DNA from: Candidatus Omnitrophota bacterium
Lineage (GTDB): Bacteria > Ratteibacteria > UBA8468 > MWAK01
Direction: 5' to 3'
DNA length: 64,000 bases
Assembly: GCA_043826355.1 (NCBI GenBank)
Contig: JBDRQI010000004.1
Span: forward strand, 32,001 to 96,000
The position numbers were made by a program, and so were the translations under genes. The notes beneath the pieces were generated by a model, which had not been told where the DNA came from, searched no databases, and saw only the letters and a program-made list of their open reading frames with translations. This document shows, piece by piece, positions 61,290-64,000 of this stretch (position 1 is its first letter; each line of letters starts with the position of its first letter).

Positions 61290-62270
61290 TTATATTCGTT
61301 CCTCGGTAGCAAGGCCGGCCAGGACGGCGCAGAAAGGGACCAGGTTTTTCCCCCGTTCTGTTTGCAGGCCATCGTCATTCAAGAGCGGATAAGGCTTCAG
61401 TTCCAACAGCATCTTTTCTCCGATAAATTCCGGCAAGAAAGGAATCTGACTGCCGCCGCCGGTTAATACCAATTTCTTAACCTTAGTTTCCATGGTCTGC
61501 TGGCAATAACTGGTCGTCTTTTCCAGTTCATCTGACAGGGTTTTTGTGATTTTATCAAGAGCATTCGGAAAGGTAATTAAGGAATATTTTCTTTCTTCCA
61601 GCATCTCCAGGACGGTTGGAGCGTCGAAGTTGTTGGTAGACGTTATTTCGGCGATTATTTTTTCGTTTCCCCAGGGGATATCCCGGATAAAAAGAAGTTT
61701 GTCTTTTTCAACTACGGCCAGGTTGCTTCTCCGGTGTCCAATGTTAAGAAGCAGGGTTGTTTCGGAATCGCTTCCGTTGTTGGCAAGGTATCCGTTTGCC
61801 AGCGCAATACTATCAACGGTTAGTCCGGCCGGCTTGAGCCCCGTTGATTTAAGTAAAGAAATTCTTTCGTTACTTAAAATCTGCGGGGCGGCGACAAAGA
61901 GAATTCCCCTTTTTTCATTTTTTTGGCCAAGAAGAGAGAAATCGGAATCCATTTGGGAAAGGTCTTCTCCGAGAACCTGCTCTGCTTCAATTCTAATTGC
62001 CCCAATCAATTCTTTGCCGGTCAAACCGGGAAGGGACAGGTATTGCATGTTTATTTCCGGCCCGGAAATAGAAGAAAAAGCCGGTTTTTGGTCCAGGCGG
62101 TGTTTAGCGACCCAACCGGAAATCAGGGCGGCTATTTCATCCGTTTCAATAGGCCGCCGGGCAAATTCAATTGCCTTCAATTTTCCTTTGCCATCAACAA
62201 ACCCTAATTTTACGTAGCGGCTGCCGATATCTACGACTACGGTGGCCTGGTTGCCTTTTTTTCGTTTCAT
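61290..62270 (-). CDS. pilM: Type IV pilus assembly protein PilM
   Basis: VDIGSRYVK, LNIGH, VLTGGGS, GLA actin-like motifs. Confidence 0.8.
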   Translation of the reverse strand: MKRKKGNQATVVVDIGSRYVKLGFVDGKGKLKAIEFARRPIETDEIAALISGWVAKHRLDQKPAFSSISGPEINMQYLSLPGLTGKELIGAIRIEAEQVLGEDLSQMDSDFSLLGQKNEKRGILFVAAPQILSNERISLLKSTGLKPAGLTVDSIALANGYLANNGSDSETTLLLNIGHRRSNLAVVEKDKLLFIRDIPWGNEKIIAEITSTNNFDAPTVLEMLEERKYSLITFPNALDKITKTLSDELEKTTSYCQQTMETKVKKLVLTGGGSQIPFLPEFIGEKMLLELKPYPLLNDDGLQTERGKNLVPFCAVLAGLATEERI

Positions 62271-62342
62271 TGTTTTAAAGTTTACACCATACAATATATT
62301 GATGTCAAGAAAAACCTTTTTTACTTTTCGGCTCAAAATCAA

Positions 62343-63716
62343 TCATTTTATTTTCCAGTCAGGTTTTGTCCACTGCGCCGTGCCTCCTTCTCCTTGCCCC
62401 ACCGGGTTTTTGCCTAAGACGAAAACGGTGGTATAGCCAGAATTTGTGCCATAAACCCAATCCCCGTCAGGACTAACCACGACATCTTGGGGCGCAGTCC
62501 CCGGGGCGATGCTGATTGGCGAAGGAGGGGTCATAATTGTATTATCTAAGGTCTGGATAATGGAAACATCGTTGGAGCCGTGATTTGTCACATACACATA
62601 TTTTCCGTCTGGGGTAATCGCGGCGGCGACGGGTGCGTCCCCCGGGGCTACGCTGATTGTTTTCATGACCGTATTGTTTGATGTCCTGATAACCGAAACG
62701 CTGTCGCTGTTTGTATTGACAACATACACATAATTCCCGTCAGGGGTAACCTTTAAATCTTGCGGTGAGTTACCGACGTTGATTGTTTTTATGACCGTAT
62801 TATCGGATGTCCTGATAACCGAAACGCTGTTTCCGCTCGCATTTGCAGCATAGACATAGTTTCCGTTAGGATTAGCCGCTATCGCGTGGGTGCCGTTCCT
62901 GGTTCCGATTGTTTTTATAACCTTATTATCGGATGTCCTGATAACGGAAACACTGTTGGAATCGTAATTTGTCACATATACACGACCCCCGTCAGGGGTA
63001 ATCGCTAAATTGGTCGGTGAATTCCCGACGTTTATTGTTTTTATGACCGTATTATCGGATGTCCTGATAACCGAAACCTTATCAGTGCCCCTGTTTGCAA
63101 TATACATATATGCATAATTCCCGTCAGGGGGGGAGAAGACCATGCCTCCGGGGCCTTGCCCGACCGTAATTATTTTTATGATTTCCTGAGAGGTTCTTTC
63201 GATAACCGAAACGGTGGTACCCGTTCCCCAGCCGCCGGGGCCTGAAAAATGTCCGACGTACAAATAAGTCCCGTCAGGGTCAGGGGTAACCGCGATGGTG
63301 CCAGGGTAAGGGCTGAGAGGAATTTGGGGCTCGTAAGTATCGGGATAAACCGGAAAATCAGAAGGGGCGGAAATCACGAGTTGAACTCTTTCTGCCGCTG
63401 ACGGATGTCCGTTGACCGTGCCGGTTGAGATAAATGTAATCGTATCGGTTCCTGTTTTGTCAATATGGAAATAGCCGGTTCCGAGCGCAAATTGGTTGTT
63501 GGGGTCAGGATCCCAGGAGCTGCCTTTAAAACGCGCATAGTCAATACCCGCCTCCGCCAGATAGAACGCCTGTTCCCGGAACAACCTCTTGTTGGCTTCA
63601 ATCCGATCCAGGGAACCGAGCAGAAGAATTCCGCTGCCGACAATCATCGCGATAATCATATAGATAATGACCATCGGTAGGAGGTATCCCCTTTTACTGT
63701 TACAAAAAGGATTCAT
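62343..63716 (-). CDS. PilX-like pilin N-terminus fused to a YVTN beta-propeller
   Basis: KRGYLLPMV + hydrophobic helix, QAFYLAEAG; repeated ITPDG..YVTN..SVSVI. Confidence 0.75.
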   Translation of the reverse strand: MNPFCNSKRGYLLPMVIIYMIIAMIVGSGILLLGSLDRIEANKRLFREQAFYLAEAGIDYARFKGSSWDPDPNNQFALGTGYFHIDKTGTDTITFISTGTVNGHPSAAERVQLVISAPSDFPVYPDTYEPQIPLSPYPGTIAVTPDPDGTYLYVGHFSGPGGWGTGTTVSVIERTSQEIIKIITVGQGPGGMVFSPPDGNYAYMYIANRGTDKVSVIRTSDNTVIKTINVGNSPTNLAITPDGGRVYVTNYDSNSVSVIRTSDNKVIKTIGTRNGTHAIAANPNGNYVYAANASGNSVSVIRTSDNTVIKTINVGNSPQDLKVTPDGNYVYVVNTNSDSVSVIRTSNNTVMKTISVAPGDAPVAAAITPDGKYVYVTNHGSNDVSIIQTLDNTIMTPPSPISIAPGTAPQDVVVSPDGDWVYGTNSGYTTVFVLGKNPVGQGEGGTAQWTKPDWKIK

Positions 63717-63717
63717 A

Positions 63718-64000
63718 TTATCCTCCCCCTGCGTTTCTCAGGTAAACCAGAAAAATATTGCTTATTGGGTTAAAATTGTTCGGCACAAGCACCTCAACTT
63801 TGACCCTGACGGTTCGAGTATCAACATTTGTAAATTCAAGTAAACTGCAAGTGTTTATGATTGTTTCCGAGACGTTTGGAGGGTATTTATCATAGTAGGT
63901 CAGCCGGTTGCCGGAAGCAAGGTAGAATTCTTTTGACCAACCGGTATTGCTGGCAATAATGGCTGTTCCCGACACTCCCAGCTCCCTTACTGCTCCGTTA
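63718..64000 (-). CDS. 3' part of a probable pilin-like protein (start outside window)
   Basis: Open frame ending VYLRN, adjacent to the pilus cluster. Confidence 0.45.
   Translation of the reverse strand, partial: NGAVRELGVSGTAIIASNTGWSKEFYLASGNRLTYYDKYPPNVSETIINTCSLLEFTNVDTRTVRVKVEVLVPNNFNPISNIFLVYLRNAGGG

Overview
Bacterial chromosomal window (diderm, probably anaerobic) with a housekeeping backbone: trpEG, dnaJ, clpC, a GH4 glycosidase, an extended arsenic/thiol-redox operon, NamZ plus a MurQ-like protein, an iorB/paaK/paaK/ACT/iorA aryl-acid cluster, rimO and a type IV pilus/secretin cluster. The backbone is studded with several families of REP-like palindromes, some lying inside genes or ending them. 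The accessory core is a tRNA-Ser(GGA)-anchored region (about 18.8-39.5 kb) with four copies of the tRNA 3' end. Island 1 (18962-30760) has a truncated large serine recombinase whose reading frame crosses the att core. Its in-frame alternative C-terminal tail sits at the far end of the island, next to a second paralogous orphan tail. Nested inside is a 9.7 kb element with no cognate transposase, bounded by ~48 bp terminal inverted repeats. It carries a CBS/antiporter pair, an IS3 element, two copies of a ~160 bp promoter-bearing repeat, and an unusual operon: lysine 2,3-aminomutase, a PurD-like ATP-grasp ligase fused to an EctA-like acetyltransferase, and an amino-acid ABC importer (candidate new beta-lysine/osmolyte pathway). 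All product calls come from motif recognition by eye; no database searches were run.
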